Notes under the pieces: model-generated
Seen by the model: only the letters and a program-made list of their open reading frames with translations
Databases searched by the model: none
What the model was told of the DNA's origin: nothing
Shown: positions 14,560 to 14,678 of the stretch, in pieces
Numbering within the stretch: the stretch's first letter is position 1
How the letters are laid out: each line of letters opens with the position of its first letter
Made by a program: the position numbers and the translations under genes
NCBI GenBank assembly: GCA_050010515.1
Contig: JBEKKX010000050.1
Coordinates: 1-14,678 of the forward strand
From: Candidatus Bathyarchaeia archaeon
GTDB taxonomy: Archaea > Thermoproteota > Bathyarchaeia > Bathyarchaeales > Bathycorpusculaceae
Reading direction: 5' to 3'
Length of the DNA stretch: 14,678 nt

Positions 14560-14678
14560 CTACTCTTTTGTAAGCATTATTTCAATTGTTGAAACCATCC
14601 GTGCTCTGGTTTCGCCCTCTCTTGGCGGCATCTCCTCTGTTCCTATCACGATTTTGCTTACTTTCAGGTCTTTTAGGA
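14560..14678 (-). CDS. albA: DNA/RNA-binding protein Alba, C-terminal part (cut by the window edge)
   Basis: Not in the ORF track. Minus frame LKDLKVSKIVIGTEEMPPREGETRARMVSTIEIMLTKE*. IGTE...VSTIEIxL is the Alba C-terminal signature. Confidence 0.92.
   Translation of the reverse strand, partial: LKDLKVSKIVIGTEEMPPREGETRARMVSTIEIMLTKE

Noticed and set aside
14235-14573. 112-aa plus-strand ORF
   Set aside because: Overlaps both flanking minus-strand genes and has no recognisable motif. It is better explained as a stop-poor frame in GC-richer structured RNA, though not fully excluded.

Overview
Archaeal chromosomal window, most likely Bathyarchaeia. This is inferred from gene content: prefoldin beta, DUF3194, archaeal CobY/CobT, Alba, TATA-type promoters and lineage-typical integrase C-termini. 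The housekeeping blocks are pfdB-DUF3194-DHH, ecfA-ecfA'-ecfT, endonuclease IV, a minus-strand cobamide nucleotide-loop operon (Dph6/DUF71-like, cobT, cobS, cobY), and a partial albA followed by an OB-fold gene. Three accessory stretches interrupt them. (1) 1-1400: end of an IS481-like transposase, a secreted or membrane protein and a tyrosine-integrase remnant. (2) 3239-5996: an AT-rich island with an HExxH protein, an unannotated AbrB-type gene surrounded by TAGGTGCCTA palindromes, a 95-nt tRNA-like RNA downstream of a winged-HTH gene, and a minimal antitoxin-peptide plus Doc/Fic module bracketed by ~58-bp direct repeats. (3) 13030-13490: a second integrase remnant and an orphan. The strongest novelty candidates are the tRNA-mimic/wHTH/AbrB/peptidase island, the repeat-flanked Doc cassette, and a ~270-nt highly structured RNA between albA and the OB-fold gene. 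All family calls are from motif recognition by eye; no searches or folding programs were run.
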